The notes under the pieces were generated by a model. That model was not told the origin of the DNA. It did not search any database and was given only the letters and a program-made list of their open reading frames with translations. Below, one piece after another: positions 8,629 through 18,824 of a stretch of 64,000 bases of DNA. Positions within the stretch are counted from its first letter, which is position 1; every line of letters starts with the position of its first letter. Source of the DNA: Bdellovibrionales bacterium (GTDB lineage: Bacteria; Bdellovibrionota; Bdellovibrionia; Bdellovibrionales; Bdellovibrionaceae); contig JANMPT010000075.1 in the NCBI GenBank assembly GCA_031370005.1, positions 1-64,000 on the forward strand, given 5' to 3'. The position numbers were made by a program, and so were the translations under genes.

Positions 8629-11600
8629 TTAAGTTCTTAACTCAATAAAATCAGTTCTTCCGAACATGGAATGAATACTTTCAAAGAATTCATTACTAAT
8701 ACTAACTGCAATTTCTTCCTGAATTTCCAACTGTACTCGACGATTTACTTCCTTAAGGTCAATTTCAAAACTAACGTTGGTAGCTCCTGGGTGATCTTTT
8801 AAAAGTCCCTGCAGACGTTCATAATCTGTAACAGGAATCCGCTCTAAGTGCAGCACCATGCGTTTGGTCTTTTTCAAAATGTCTTCCATAGGGGAAATTG
8901 AATCCACCATAATTTTAACAGAACCCTCATCTACCTCTAAAGATCCCGCGATCAAAACAGGTTTTTCATCACGACACGCAATCTCATTGCGCGCAAAGGC
9001 GTCTGGAAATATGACAAGCTCGCAGGTCCCTGAAAGGTCCTCAAGCTTGGCAAAAGCCATACGCGTACCTTTTTTAGTGATCAACTCACGAAGATCTGAA
9101 ATTAGTCCGGCAACAACGACTTTTTTCTTATTAGCATCTCGACCCCAGCGGTTCTCTTTTGTTTTTTGCACAGGGGTTTGAGTTTGAGCTGCCTCTGGTT
9201 TTACATATTGTGGAAGATCTGCCACCTTACAAGTAGTCCAGATCTCTGCCAGATTCTCGTATCCCTTTAAGGGATGATCACTCAGATAAAAGCCTAAGAC
9301 TTCTTTCTCGTAAGATAGGGAGGCCGCCCTTGTCCATGGCTTGCAGTTTTCAAGCTTTACATCACTTTCGTCACTAGGCTCAAGGTCAAACAAGGACGTT
9401 TGCCCCAGCTCACGATCTTTGCGTTTGATTTCGGCGCGATCAAGAAGCCTTTGGTAACCCGCCATGAGCTGGGCGCGGTGTGCTCCAAATCCTTCGAAGG
9501 CACCTGCTTTAATCAAACACTCAATCACTTTTTTATTCACTCGGCGAGTATCAATAGTACTAAAAAACTCATTCAAGCTTGTAAATTTCTTTTGCGGAAG
9601 ACTCGCACGCGCCTCCACAATGGCCATCACAGCAGATTCACCAACGCCTTTGATGGCTCCAAGGCCGTAATAAACCTCATCGCCATGGGCACCAAAAAAG
9701 TATTCAGAAAAATTAACGTGAGGTGGCTTTACTGGAAGACCCCGCTTAGTAGCATCTTTAGAATACTTAACGATTTTATCAATATCTGACAGCTCAGTGC
9801 TAAGAAGTGCTGCGAAGAACTCAGTTGGATAATAATTTTTCAGCCACGCCGTTTGCACAGTAATCACAGAGTAGGCCGCAGCGTGGGATTTATTAAAACC
9901 GTAATCAGCGAACTTATACATCAACTCAAAAAGTTCATTGGAAGCTTTTTCTTCATAACCTTTTGCTTTCGCGCCTTCCATAAAGCGGATACGCTGATGG
10001 TCCATCTCTTCTTTGATTTTTTTTCCCATCGCTCGACGAAGCATGTCGGCCTCGCCGAGTGAGTATCCAGCGATATGAGAAGCAATGCCCATTACCTGCT
10101 CCTGATATACCATGATCCCATAGGTCTCAGACAAGATTTCCTTGGTGTCTTCGATTAAATACTGTACCAAAGATTTTCCGTTCTTACGATCTGTAAACTC
10201 TGGAATATTCGCCATTGGGCCTGGGCGATAAAGCGACGTAATGGCGGTTATGTCACCAAAACTTGAAGGGCGGATCTTCCGAGTTGCATCGGTAATACCC
10301 TCTCCCTCGAACTGAAAAATTCCGGCAGTGTCACCACGTGACATCATCTCAAAAACTTTCGGATCATTCATTGGAATCAAACTTGTTACAAGTTTTACTC
10401 TACGATTTTTTTCAATCAACTTTATCGCGTGATGGATATGGGTCAGAGTTTTTAAGCCTAAGAAATCAAACTTGATCAAACCGATTTTTTCGGCATGTTT
10501 CATGTCGTACTGAACAACTTGCTCCCCGTCAGCACCACGATAAAGCGGCGCATGAGTTACGAGCTGACCGTCCGCAATGATAACACCAGCGGCATGAATC
10601 CCCGCATGGCGGACCATTCCTTCAATTCGCTGTGCAAGTTCCATCAAGGTATTTACTGTTGGATTCATATCCATGAGCTCACGCAAACGTGGCTCCAACT
10701 CGAGGGCATCTTTGAGAGTGACACCAAGTTTGTCAGGAATCAATTTTGTCACCACGTCTACTTCAGGAAAGGTCATTCCCAAAACACGACCCACATCCTT
10801 AATGGCGGCACGAGCCTGAAGCTTTCCATAGGTGATAATTTGCGAAACCGACTCTTGGCCGTATTTTTGAGTGACGTATTGAATTACCTCCTGACGTCGA
10901 TCTTGGCAAAAGTCGATATCAAAGTCGGGCATAGAAATACGCTCAGGATTTAAGAAACGTTCAAACAAAAGAAAGTTAGGCAGTGGATCAAGATCTGTGA
11001 TCCGCAAACTGTATGCAACCAAAGAACCTGCTCCGGATCCCCGCCCTGGTCCCACAGGGATATCGTGACTCTTTGCCCAGTTAATAAAATCTTGGACAAT
11101 CAAAAAATATCCATTAAAGCCCATGCGATCGATAACATTTAGCTCAAACTCAAGACGACTGTAGTACTCAGGCTTTCTCTCTTCTTGAATTGGCTCATTA
11201 CGAATAGCCGCCTCTGAAAAACGTACTTCAAGACCTTTCAAGGCCTTAGCTGCGATATCATCCTTAAGTGTTGCACCATTTTCAGTTGGGAAAGTTGGTA
11301 AATGATAAATTGGTTTTCCTGACTCATCTTTAATCTTAAATTTAACGTCACAACGATCAGCGATTTCTAAAGTGCGCGCAAGAGCTTCAGGCACATCTTC
11401 GAAAAGCTTCTGCATTTGCTCAGGTTTTTTAAAATAAAACTCGCTGGAACCTAATTTAAAACGACCTTCATCTGAAAGCGTTTTATTAGTTCCTATGCAA
11501 ATCAGAACCTCTTGCGCCAATTGGTCATCGGAACTCATATAGTGAACATCATTCGTCGCAACGACCGGCACACCCGTAATCTTTGAAGCCTCAAGCAAAA

Positions 11601-12168
11601 ATGGATTGAGCTTTTGCCACTCGGGCAGCCCTGTGCGACACATCTCAAGATAAAGTCGATCACCAAAGATTTTTAGAAGTTTACGAACTCTTTCCAGCGC
11701 CTGCTCAGGACCTTCATTAAAAAAAATATCAGCCACTTCCCCACGAAGCCCGCCAGTTAAACATAGCAAATTGGCATTGTGTTTCTCAATAACCTCGTAA
11801 TCAATCCGAGGCTTCCAATAGAAGCCCTCTTGATAACCAATAGTGGAAAGCATATTTAAATTGCGGTAACCCTCAATATTTTGAGCCAGAAACACCAGAC
11901 GACGCGGGTATTGAGCAATCTGATCACGGTCCTGCTTTTTGTCTAAACGTGAACCTGGGGCAATATAAGCATCAAAACCTAAAAGTGGTTTTATGTTGTT
12001 ATCTCTGGCTGCAAAATAAAATTCAGCGGCAGCAAACATATTTCCATTATCAGTAAGGGCTACCGCAGGCATTCCATACTCAACTGCTTTTTTGACAATG
12101 GATTTCACTGGGCAGGCGGCCTCAAGTAATGAGTATTCAGAGTGGACATGAAGGTGAACAAAAGACAT
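8629..12168 (-). CDS. dnaE: DNA polymerase III alpha subunit
   Basis: PHP domain FVHLHVHSEYSLL, GPGRGSGAGS, PDFDIDF, YGFNKSHAAAY, C-terminal OB fold. Confidence 0.98.
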   Translation of the reverse strand: MSFVHLHVHSEYSLLEAACPVKSIVKKAVEYGMPAVALTDNGNMFAAAEFYFAARDNNIKPLLGFDAYIAPGSRLDKKQDRDQIAQYPRRLVFLAQNIEGYRNLNMLSTIGYQEGFYWKPRIDYEVIEKHNANLLCLTGGLRGEVADIFFNEGPEQALERVRKLLKIFGDRLYLEMCRTGLPEWQKLNPFLLEASKITGVPVVATNDVHYMSSDDQLAQEVLICIGTNKTLSDEGRFKLGSSEFYFKKPEQMQKLFEDVPEALARTLEIADRCDVKFKIKDESGKPIYHLPTFPTENGATLKDDIAAKALKGLEVRFSEAAIRNEPIQEERKPEYYSRLEFELNVIDRMGFNGYFLIVQDFINWAKSHDIPVGPGRGSGAGSLVAYSLRITDLDPLPNFLLFERFLNPERISMPDFDIDFCQDRRQEVIQYVTQKYGQESVSQIITYGKLQARAAIKDVGRVLGMTFPEVDVVTKLIPDKLGVTLKDALELEPRLRELMDMNPTVNTLMELAQRIEGMVRHAGIHAAGVIIADGQLVTHAPLYRGADGEQVVQYDMKHAEKIGLIKFDFLGLKTLTHIHHAIKLIEKNRRVKLVTSLIPMNDPKVFEMMSRGDTAGIFQFEGEGITDATRKIRPSSFGDITAITSLYRPGPMANIPEFTDRKNGKSLVQYLIEDTKEILSETYGIMVYQEQVMGIASHIAGYSLGEADMLRRAMGKKIKEEMDHQRIRFMEGAKAKGYEEKASNELFELMYKFADYGFNKSHAAAYSVITVQTAWLKNYYPTEFFAALLSTELSDIDKIVKYSKDATKRGLPVKPPHVNFSEYFFGAHGDEVYYGLGAIKGVGESAVMAIVEARASLPQKKFTSLNEFFSTIDTRRVNKKVIECLIKAGAFEGFGAHRAQLMAGYQRLLDRAEIKRKDRELGQTSLFDLEPSDESDVKLENCKPWTRAASLSYEKEVLGFYLSDHPLKGYENLAEIWTTCKVADLPQYVKPEAAQTQTPVQKTKENRWGRDANKKKVVVAGLISDLRELITKKGTRMAFAKLEDLSGTCELVIFPDAFARNEIACRDEKPVLIAGSLEVDEGSVKIMVDSISPMEDILKKTKRMVLHLERIPVTDYERLQGLLKDHPGATNVSFEIDLKEVNRRVQLEIQEEIAVSISNEFFESIHSMFGRTDFIELRT

Positions 12169-12249
12169 GAGTAATTAATAACTTGGACTGCCTTTAGGTT
12201 CAATTTTATCCGCATTTCTTCTTTAGTTTACCCCTTGCGTTAGAATAAG

Positions 12250-13749
12250 CTACAGCAAGAAATCAAACAGGTTTGAGAGAGGCGAAAGCAAGTAATAAGA
12301 AATGCGTTTAGAGATAGAAACTCCTTCAAAAGCACTGCTGCCATCCACAGGTAGGCCGTGGGAGTTTAACTGCACACTTTGTTGTTGATGCTCATACATA
12401 CTGCTTAAAACCTCAGCGGCCAATGCAGAATTGTTTCGACACATGATCGCCATTTCTGCATTTATATTACGCGAACGAGGATCCACATTAAAAGTTCCAA
12501 CCATAATGGTTTTCTCATCAATAACTGCAGACTTCGCATGAATACCCCAACGAGCCTGCTTAGATTCAGGGGTCAGAAAATCTTGTCCGACCAAGCTTGA
12601 ACCTTTATAAATAAAAGCTTTCATTCCATCTTTAATCAAAGCACCTACACGCGGATAAAAAGTCGCAGTTGTATAAATGGCATCTGTGGAATTCAAACTA
12701 TTGGTATAAACATTTACCTCAACTCCTTTTTGAAGATAACTGCGAATAAGCTCCATACCATTTTTTGTAGTCACGAAATACGGAGACTCGACATAAATGC
12801 TTTTTTGTGCAGACTTTAACTGGCTTTCAATCTCTTGAAAAAGAATTCGACTTCTATTGCCAATAGCAGGCATATCTGCGGCAAAAATCGTGTCATTACA
12901 AATATGCGTATGTATTAAACTCGTATTGAGAAGCTTAATGGCACGAAGCGATTCTAAAACCTGCTTGTCTTTAGTATTTTGATGAAGATAATCTTGGGCC
13001 TTTCCCATCCCCTTCTCATATTGTCTATAAAATTCATTATAACGATCCACAGCTGCTTGATCATTCATAACGTCCAAATCAGAAAGACCAAAGTCACGAC
13101 GAGTTGGTTTTTTTTCCAACCTAGGAATTCTAGTCATATTCGAAAACCAAAAACGATCAAAACTATACCGCATAGCACGGGCCACACTTCCGCGAATTAA
13201 AATATCGCGATCCAGAAAATTATATTCAGCAGACATATCAAAGTACTCATCGGCGATATTGCGGCCACCAGTCATGCCCTCTACGTCGTCAACGACTAAA
13301 GCTTTGCGGTGACTGCGGAACTGACCTTTGAAGAGTTCAAAAGACATGTTTGGATTATAATAACGAACCTCAATACCATTTTGTGCAAGAAGAGTGGCAT
13401 AATAGGGATCAAGTTGAGCTATTGGCCAGCCATAATCTACCAAAACGCGGACTTTCACTCCCTCATGAGCTTTTTTCACTAAGGCTTGAGTAAAGAGCCG
13501 CCCCGCTTCGTCGATATTGTAAATAAAAAATTCCGCCTCGATACTACTTTTGGCATTGGCTATCATTTCAAGACGCTTATGTAATGAAAGCGAGCCCACA
13601 TTGATAATGCTGATCTCTTGAGGTTCCTGAGTTTTATATAAGTAGGACCCTGATTTATCAATAACAGGGTCTACAGAAGCAGCTGCGCATACCTGAGTCA
13701 TTATTCCAGAGGCTAACAAAACTCCCATTACATATAAAAACATTCGCAT
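12250..13749 (-). CDS. Phospholipase D family / ClsC-like protein, secreted
   Basis: Two HKD motifs (HRKALVVD, HAKSAVID); signal peptide. Confidence 0.88.
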   Translation of the reverse strand: MRMFLYVMGVLLASGIMTQVCAAASVDPVIDKSGSYLYKTQEPQEISIINVGSLSLHKRLEMIANAKSSIEAEFFIYNIDEAGRLFTQALVKKAHEGVKVRVLVDYGWPIAQLDPYYATLLAQNGIEVRYYNPNMSFELFKGQFRSHRKALVVDDVEGMTGGRNIADEYFDMSAEYNFLDRDILIRGSVARAMRYSFDRFWFSNMTRIPRLEKKPTRRDFGLSDLDVMNDQAAVDRYNEFYRQYEKGMGKAQDYLHQNTKDKQVLESLRAIKLLNTSLIHTHICNDTIFAADMPAIGNRSRILFQEIESQLKSAQKSIYVESPYFVTTKNGMELIRSYLQKGVEVNVYTNSLNSTDAIYTTATFYPRVGALIKDGMKAFIYKGSSLVGQDFLTPESKQARWGIHAKSAVIDEKTIMVGTFNVDPRSRNINAEMAIMCRNNSALAAEVLSSMYEHQQQSVQLNSHGLPVDGSSAFEGVSISKRISYYLLSPLSNLFDFLL

Positions 13750-13778
13750 TCCCTTCGATATAAGCTACTTCCAACAAA

Positions 13779-13793
13779 GCAAAAGGAATGCCT
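13779..13793 (-). promoter_or_regulatory. sigma54-like promoter for the PLD gene
   Basis: Minus strand AGGCAT-tcctt-TTGC. Confidence 0.55.
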
Positions 13794-13873
13794 AGCAAAC
13801 ACCCGCTGAGGGGCACTTACGCGCTATATAGGAAACAGGATGTGTTCAAAGTTTTGACAGGAGCCGCATGAGG

Positions 13874-14488
13874 CTACTGTTTTGCGGTACGACGGGTAGC
13901 TTTTTTGAAGGATATCGTTTTATTTTTCTTCTTGAATTTATAAGTGTATTTAACAAGTGATTTTTTTAACAAATTCGTCTTCGCCAAACTAAAATCCAGG
14001 CCCGAAGCAACTTCACGAATACACTTTTGAACATCTGCGTTCACAATATCTGTGGACTTAATCGCAGAATCTATAACTGCGCCACTCGGCGCAATCATCC
14101 AAATCACTGTGGCATGGGTTCCCTGAAAGCTCTTGACGTTTTCAGCCACGCAAGCATAAACCGCCCCAACACTTGAGTTCAAGCGCTTCATGATTGCGCT
14201 TTGACGTCTTTTGTTTTCAGCCACAATTTTTTGATCCATTATTTTGGCCTCATGAGCTGACATAATGTCTTGATGTATCGACTGAAATTCATCCTTTACT
14301 TTCGATTCGATTTTTTCCTGACGTTCAGTGGACTTCGTTAGCTCATTTTTTTTGTAAACACGGTCTAAGTCGTCATCCTCGTAAGGAGGTGCTGCTGATT
14401 TAAAAAAACTATCATCAGTCTCAAGAACTGATTCTGCATGCGCTGTCATCGATATAATAAAAAGCGCAATATATAAAATTAACTTCAT
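13874..14488 (-). CDS. Secreted protein with AgmX/PglI (TonB-C-like) C-terminal domain
   Basis: Start reassigned to MKLILY (GGGGA RBS); V.AC...G...V.W.I.PSG.V.....STD....VQKCI......F pattern. Confidence 0.65.
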   Translation of the reverse strand: MKLILYIALFIISMTAHAESVLETDDSFFKSAAPPYEDDDLDRVYKKNELTKSTERQEKIESKVKDEFQSIHQDIMSAHEAKIMDQKIVAENKRRQSAIMKRLNSSVGAVYACVAENVKSFQGTHATVIWMIAPSGAVIDSAIKSTDIVNADVQKCIREVASGLDFSLAKTNLLKKSLVKYTYKFKKKNKTISFKKATRRTAKQ

Positions 14489-14668
14489 AAAATCCCCCAA
14501 CAAAGTCTTATCGACAATTATAACAAGGGAATGAAGACCTTCAGTAAAAACTCCTATAAGTTCCTTTAAAAAAATCAATTCAAAACAAACATCTTTAAAG
14601 CGTCTACTTATTAGACAGTTGTCCAATAGAGAAATGCCGGTGTTTAAGATTTAACAGCTTGTTTTCAA

Positions 14669-16195
14669 TCATTCCCACTCAATGGTTCCAGGGGGTTTAC
14701 TGGTCACATCATAAACTACGCGGTTCACTCCGCGGACCTTATTAGTAATTCGATTTGAAATTTCCCTTAGTTGATTAAAGTCAAAAGGATACCAATCTGC
14801 CGTCATGCCGTCCGTAGAGGTTACAGCTCGCAAAGCCAGAGCAAACTCATAAGTTCTGGAATCCCCCTGAACTCCCACAGACTTCACTGGCAAAAGTACA
14901 CAAAACGCCTGCCAAATTTCAGAGTACATACCTTTCTCGCGCAAAAAAGAGATAAATAAGTCATCACATTCCTTAAGTATCTTAAGCTTTTCTTCTGTCA
15001 CTTCCCCAAGACAACGGATCGCCAGGCCGGGGCCTGGAAAGGGATGGCGAGACAAAATCTCTGCAGGCAAGCCAAGTTCTGCACCAATTTTACGAACTTC
15101 ATCTTTGAAAAGCTCACGGACCGGCTCAATCAGTTTTAATTTCATTTTTTCAGGTAAACCACCAACATTGTGATGAGACTTGATAGTAACACTTCCACCT
15201 ACCGAAGAAACGCTCTCAATCACATCCGGGTAAAGAGTTCCTTGGGCTAAAAACTGAATGTTAATACCATGATCATAGGATTTATCAAAAACTTCGATAA
15301 AAAGTCCGCCAATGGTTTTGCGCTTATCCTCAGGATCTTCTTTGCCCTTCAGACCCATCATGAATTCTTCTGAAGCATCAATGCCTTTTACATTTAAACC
15401 GATTTCTCTGTAGGTCTGCAAAACGCTTTCAAATTCATTTTTTCGCAACAAACCATTGTCAACAAAAACGCAGTGAACCCGCTCATGACCGAGGGCCTTT
15501 GTTAACAAGGCTGCCACAACCGAAGAGTCAACGCCGCCACTCAAGGCACATAAAACATGCTCGTCGGCGGCTACCCTGCGCTGAATATCTTTAATCAAGA
15601 CCTCAGTAATATGTGGAGCATTCCATGTAGGAGTGCCTCCGCAGAAATTGTGTGCAAAAGCTCTGATAATCTCAATGCCTTTAAAAGTATGACTAACCTC
15701 CGGATGAAATTGAATCGCCCAAGCACGTGGACCCTTCATAGCTGCAGCATGACCTGATTCAGATACAGCAACAATTTGAAATCCTGGCGGTGCTTTTTTA
15801 ACGACATCACCATGACTCATCCAGACTTGTTGGTCTGCAGGAATAGCTCCAAAGGTTTCTCTCCAAGCAATGCGACTCAAACCGTATTCGCGGTGATCAC
15901 TTTTCTCAACTTCTCCGCCCAACTGATGCGCAAGCAACTGCATCCCATAACAAACTCCAAGGACTGGAGCCACTTCAAGAAGCTCCTTAACATCGCGACG
16001 TGGAGAGCTCAATTCGTATACTGAATTTGGACCACCGCTCAGAATAATTCCGTAGGGTTTGCGTTTTTTAATTTCATCGATAGGAAACTTGAAAGCATGG
16101 ATCTCAGAGTAAAAACCCAATTCACGTAAGCGACGTGCTATCAACTGAGTAAACTGTGAGCCAAAATCTAAAATGATAAAACCACGTTCGATCAT
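14669..16195 (-). CDS. guaA: GMP synthase (glutamine-hydrolysing)
   Basis: ILDFGSQFTQLIARR, GVCYGMQ, QFHPEV, LSGGVDS, KPPGTIEWE; start set at MIERGF just after the guaB stop. Confidence 0.98.
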   Translation of the reverse strand: MIERGFIILDFGSQFTQLIARRLRELGFYSEIHAFKFPIDEIKKRKPYGIILSGGPNSVYELSSPRRDVKELLEVAPVLGVCYGMQLLAHQLGGEVEKSDHREYGLSRIAWRETFGAIPADQQVWMSHGDVVKKAPPGFQIVAVSESGHAAAMKGPRAWAIQFHPEVSHTFKGIEIIRAFAHNFCGGTPTWNAPHITEVLIKDIQRRVAADEHVLCALSGGVDSSVVAALLTKALGHERVHCVFVDNGLLRKNEFESVLQTYREIGLNVKGIDASEEFMMGLKGKEDPEDKRKTIGGLFIEVFDKSYDHGINIQFLAQGTLYPDVIESVSSVGGSVTIKSHHNVGGLPEKMKLKLIEPVRELFKDEVRKIGAELGLPAEILSRHPFPGPGLAIRCLGEVTEEKLKILKECDDLFISFLREKGMYSEIWQAFCVLLPVKSVGVQGDSRTYEFALALRAVTSTDGMTADWYPFDFNQLREISNRITNKVRGVNRVVYDVTSKPPGTIEWE

Positions 16196-16196
16196 C

Positions 16197-17663
16197 TTAG
16201 TTTTCCAGTCTATAGTTAGGAGCCTCTTTGGTGATACTGACATCATGAACATGGGACTCGCGAAGGCCTTGGGCACTGATTTGCACAAACTTAGCCTTCA
16301 CCTGCAGCTCTTGAACATTACGAGCACCTAGGTAACCCATTCCAGATTTCAAACCTCCAATTAATTGATGAACAATACCCGTAGCAGAGCCTTTGTATGG
16401 AACTTTTCCCTCAATACCCTCTGGCACTAGTTTGTCATCATCCGTAATATCGTACTGTGCATAGCGATCTTTAGAGCCTTTCGCCATAGCCCCAAGACTT
16501 CCCATACCGCGGTAAACTTTATATGTGCGGCCTTGATATAAAATCGTTTCGCCTGGGGATTCTTCTGCTCCAGCTAAAAGATTTCCGATCATTACTGAAT
16601 TTGCACCTAAAGCTAAGGCCTTCGTAATGTCTCCTGAGTATTTAATTCCACCATCTGCGATAATTGTCTTCCCTTTTTGGGCAGCAACTTTTGCACACTC
16701 CACAATAGCTGAAATCTGTGGCATCCCCACCCCCGCAATCACACGAGTGGTACAGATACTTCCTGGCCCCACGCCAACTTTCACTACGTCAGCACCGGCT
16801 TCAATTAAAGCCAGCGTTCCGTCAGCAGTAACTACATTTCCAGAAACGATGATTACGTCCTTGTGGTTCTGTGAAATATATCTCACCATTTCCATAACGT
16901 TGCGAGAATGTCCATGGGCTGTGTCCACACAAAGGACATCAACCTTTGCTGCTACCAAGGCGCTGGCCCTCTCGCGAGAGTCTGCATTAACCCCCAAGGC
17001 AGCACCAACAAGAAGACGACCATGACTATCTTTGGTTGCCTGAGGAAAGGCCTGAGCTTTTTCGATATCTTTAATCGTAATCAGGCCTTTGAGCCTAAAG
17101 TTTTTATCGACCACAGGAAGTTTTTCAATACGATATTTTTGCAAGATCTGTTTAGCCTGCTCAAGAGTGGTACCAACCTCTGCAGTGACAAGCTTTTCTT
17201 TATGAGTCATTAAGTTTTTAATTGGCTGATTCACATTGGTTTCAAAACGCAAATCTCGATTGGTCAAAATACCTACCAACATTTGATTCACAGTGATCGG
17301 CACGCCACTAATAGAATATTTAGCCATAATCTCTAAAGCCTCATGGACCATTTGATCGGGCCCAAGAGTGATCGGGTCTTGAATCATTCCGCTCTCATAT
17401 TTTTTAACTTTTTCAACTTCAAGAGCTTGAGCCTCGATACTCATATTTTTATGTATAACTCCAAGCCCCCCCATTTGCGCCATGATTCGAGCGACGCGGT
17501 TCTCAGTCACCGTATCCATTGCTGCTGACAAAATTGGAGTATTGAGGAACTTACCGCGGGCAAATTCAGATCGCGAGGTCACATCTGAAGGAATGATCTC
17601 AGAATACTGAGGAACCAACAGAATATCATCGTAAGTTAATGCATATGGAATCTTGCTATCCAT
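16197..17663 (-). CDS. guaB: IMP dehydrogenase
   Basis: LTYDDILLVP, SAAMDTVTE, CBS pair, GVGPGSICTTR, YRGMGS. Confidence 0.98.
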   Translation of the reverse strand: MDSKIPYALTYDDILLVPQYSEIIPSDVTSRSEFARGKFLNTPILSAAMDTVTENRVARIMAQMGGLGVIHKNMSIEAQALEVEKVKKYESGMIQDPITLGPDQMVHEALEIMAKYSISGVPITVNQMLVGILTNRDLRFETNVNQPIKNLMTHKEKLVTAEVGTTLEQAKQILQKYRIEKLPVVDKNFRLKGLITIKDIEKAQAFPQATKDSHGRLLVGAALGVNADSRERASALVAAKVDVLCVDTAHGHSRNVMEMVRYISQNHKDVIIVSGNVVTADGTLALIEAGADVVKVGVGPGSICTTRVIAGVGMPQISAIVECAKVAAQKGKTIIADGGIKYSGDITKALALGANSVMIGNLLAGAEESPGETILYQGRTYKVYRGMGSLGAMAKGSKDRYAQYDITDDDKLVPEGIEGKVPYKGSATGIVHQLIGGLKSGMGYLGARNVQELQVKAKFVQISAQGLRESHVHDVSITKEAPNYRLEN

Positions 17664-17726
17664 AAGAATCTCCGTCGTAGAGTTTTTTTGGAATTTCTTT
17701 ATTCTGTCATGGAGATCAAAAAGACA

Positions 17727-18245
17727 TCAACGCTTTTCTTCGTACCAGGTTTTATAGAGAAGATAATTGTCAGCAGAGTGACTTAAGGCTTTAATTTCTT
17801 CAGCTGTGAGCTCTCGTTTTTGCTTCGCCGGGCGGCCAAGTATCAAACTGCGCGGCGGAAAGCTTGCGCCTTCAGTAACTAAAGAGCCTGCGCCAACTAT
17901 ACACTGCTCACCTATCACAACGCCGTCCATTACAATGCTTCCCATGCCAATCAAAGACTCTCGACCAATCGTACACCCATGGAGCATCACTTGGTGACCA
18001 ATGGTCACACGATCCTGCACCGTGCAACCAAACTTACCGTAGGTTCCATGCAAAATAGATCCATCTTGAACGTTGACTTCATTTCCGATTTGGATTGGCA
18101 TGACGTCCCCTCTAATTGTCACATTGTACCAAATTGAGGAGCCCCTACCCACTTTCACATTTCCAATAATACGCGCGTTGTCTGCTATAAAGACGTCACT
18201 TGCGATTTCTGGCGTAAATCCCTGAACTGATTGAATATTTTTCAT
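17727..18245 (-). CDS. Gamma carbonic anhydrase family protein
   Basis: Hexapeptide repeats, RGD, NVQDGSILH, GHQVMLHGC. Confidence 0.92.
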   Translation of the reverse strand: MKNIQSVQGFTPEIASDVFIADNARIIGNVKVGRGSSIWYNVTIRGDVMPIQIGNEVNVQDGSILHGTYGKFGCTVQDRVTIGHQVMLHGCTIGRESLIGMGSIVMDGVVIGEQCIVGAGSLVTEGASFPPRSLILGRPAKQKRELTAEEIKALSHSADNYLLYKTWYEEKR

Positions 18246-18257
18246 AAGAACAAGCCC

Positions 18258-18824
18258 TTACATAATATAGGGATGATTCTTCTGAATAAGAAATGGATGG
18301 GCCTTAATATCAGCGCTCACTCCATCCATTTCAGCATTCATCACACGACTTTTTGTAATATACTCTTTAGAGGCATACATCGGAATGTCCAAGTGCAAGC
18401 ACAAAGACATTGCTTCGTCAGCTCGGACTTTTAAGGTTTCTTGAGTTGGATGGTTTTTTAAAAATAAGCGCACAAACTGGAAATGCCCCTTGATCTCAAC
18501 GAAAACACATTTTTCAATTTGCATATGAAGACTTTCCAACAACACCTCAGTAAAACGGTGTGGTGTCGTTGGAGCCACAGATTTGTTTGCTTGAGTAAGT
18601 GCAACGCCGGCTTCAAGCGGGTTGATTGCTACTGGCAGAGTGTATGTATGTTTTTCGTCTTTTAAAAGCAAAAAAGGGCGGGCAAAGTCCGCGCTCACAG
18701 ACAGCCCATAGGGTCTTAGACGAATCATATCTTTCTCAGCAAACAAAGCCCCCTCTAGCAATTCAGCAGAAAAAACAATGTGGGAATCCAATTTTTCGGA
18801 ACTAACATCGTGCGAGTCTTTCAT
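18258..18824 (-). CDS. Bifunctional nuclease (DUF151) family protein
   Basis: PFLLLKD....LPVAI...EA....TPH...F..LFL...RADEA pattern. Confidence 0.8.
   Translation of the reverse strand: MKDSHDVSSEKLDSHIVFSAELLEGALFAEKDMIRLRPYGLSVSADFARPFLLLKDEKHTYTLPVAINPLEAGVALTQANKSVAPTTPHRFTEVLLESLHMQIEKCVFVEIKGHFQFVRLFLKNHPTQETLKVRADEAMSLCLHLDIPMYASKEYITKSRVMNAEMDGVSADIKAHPFLIQKNHPYIM

Noticed and set aside
8858..10953. Several 60-150 aa ORFs antisense to dnaE (and similar ones inside other long genes)
   Set aside because: Shadow ORFs on the opposite strand of well-supported genes, with no motifs
16196..16288. N-terminal extensions in the ORF track (guaA here; also nrdD, the MCP, 13874, 55500 and 57852 ORFs)
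   Set aside because: They overlap neighbouring genes or promoters; downstream ATGs with SD sequences fit better
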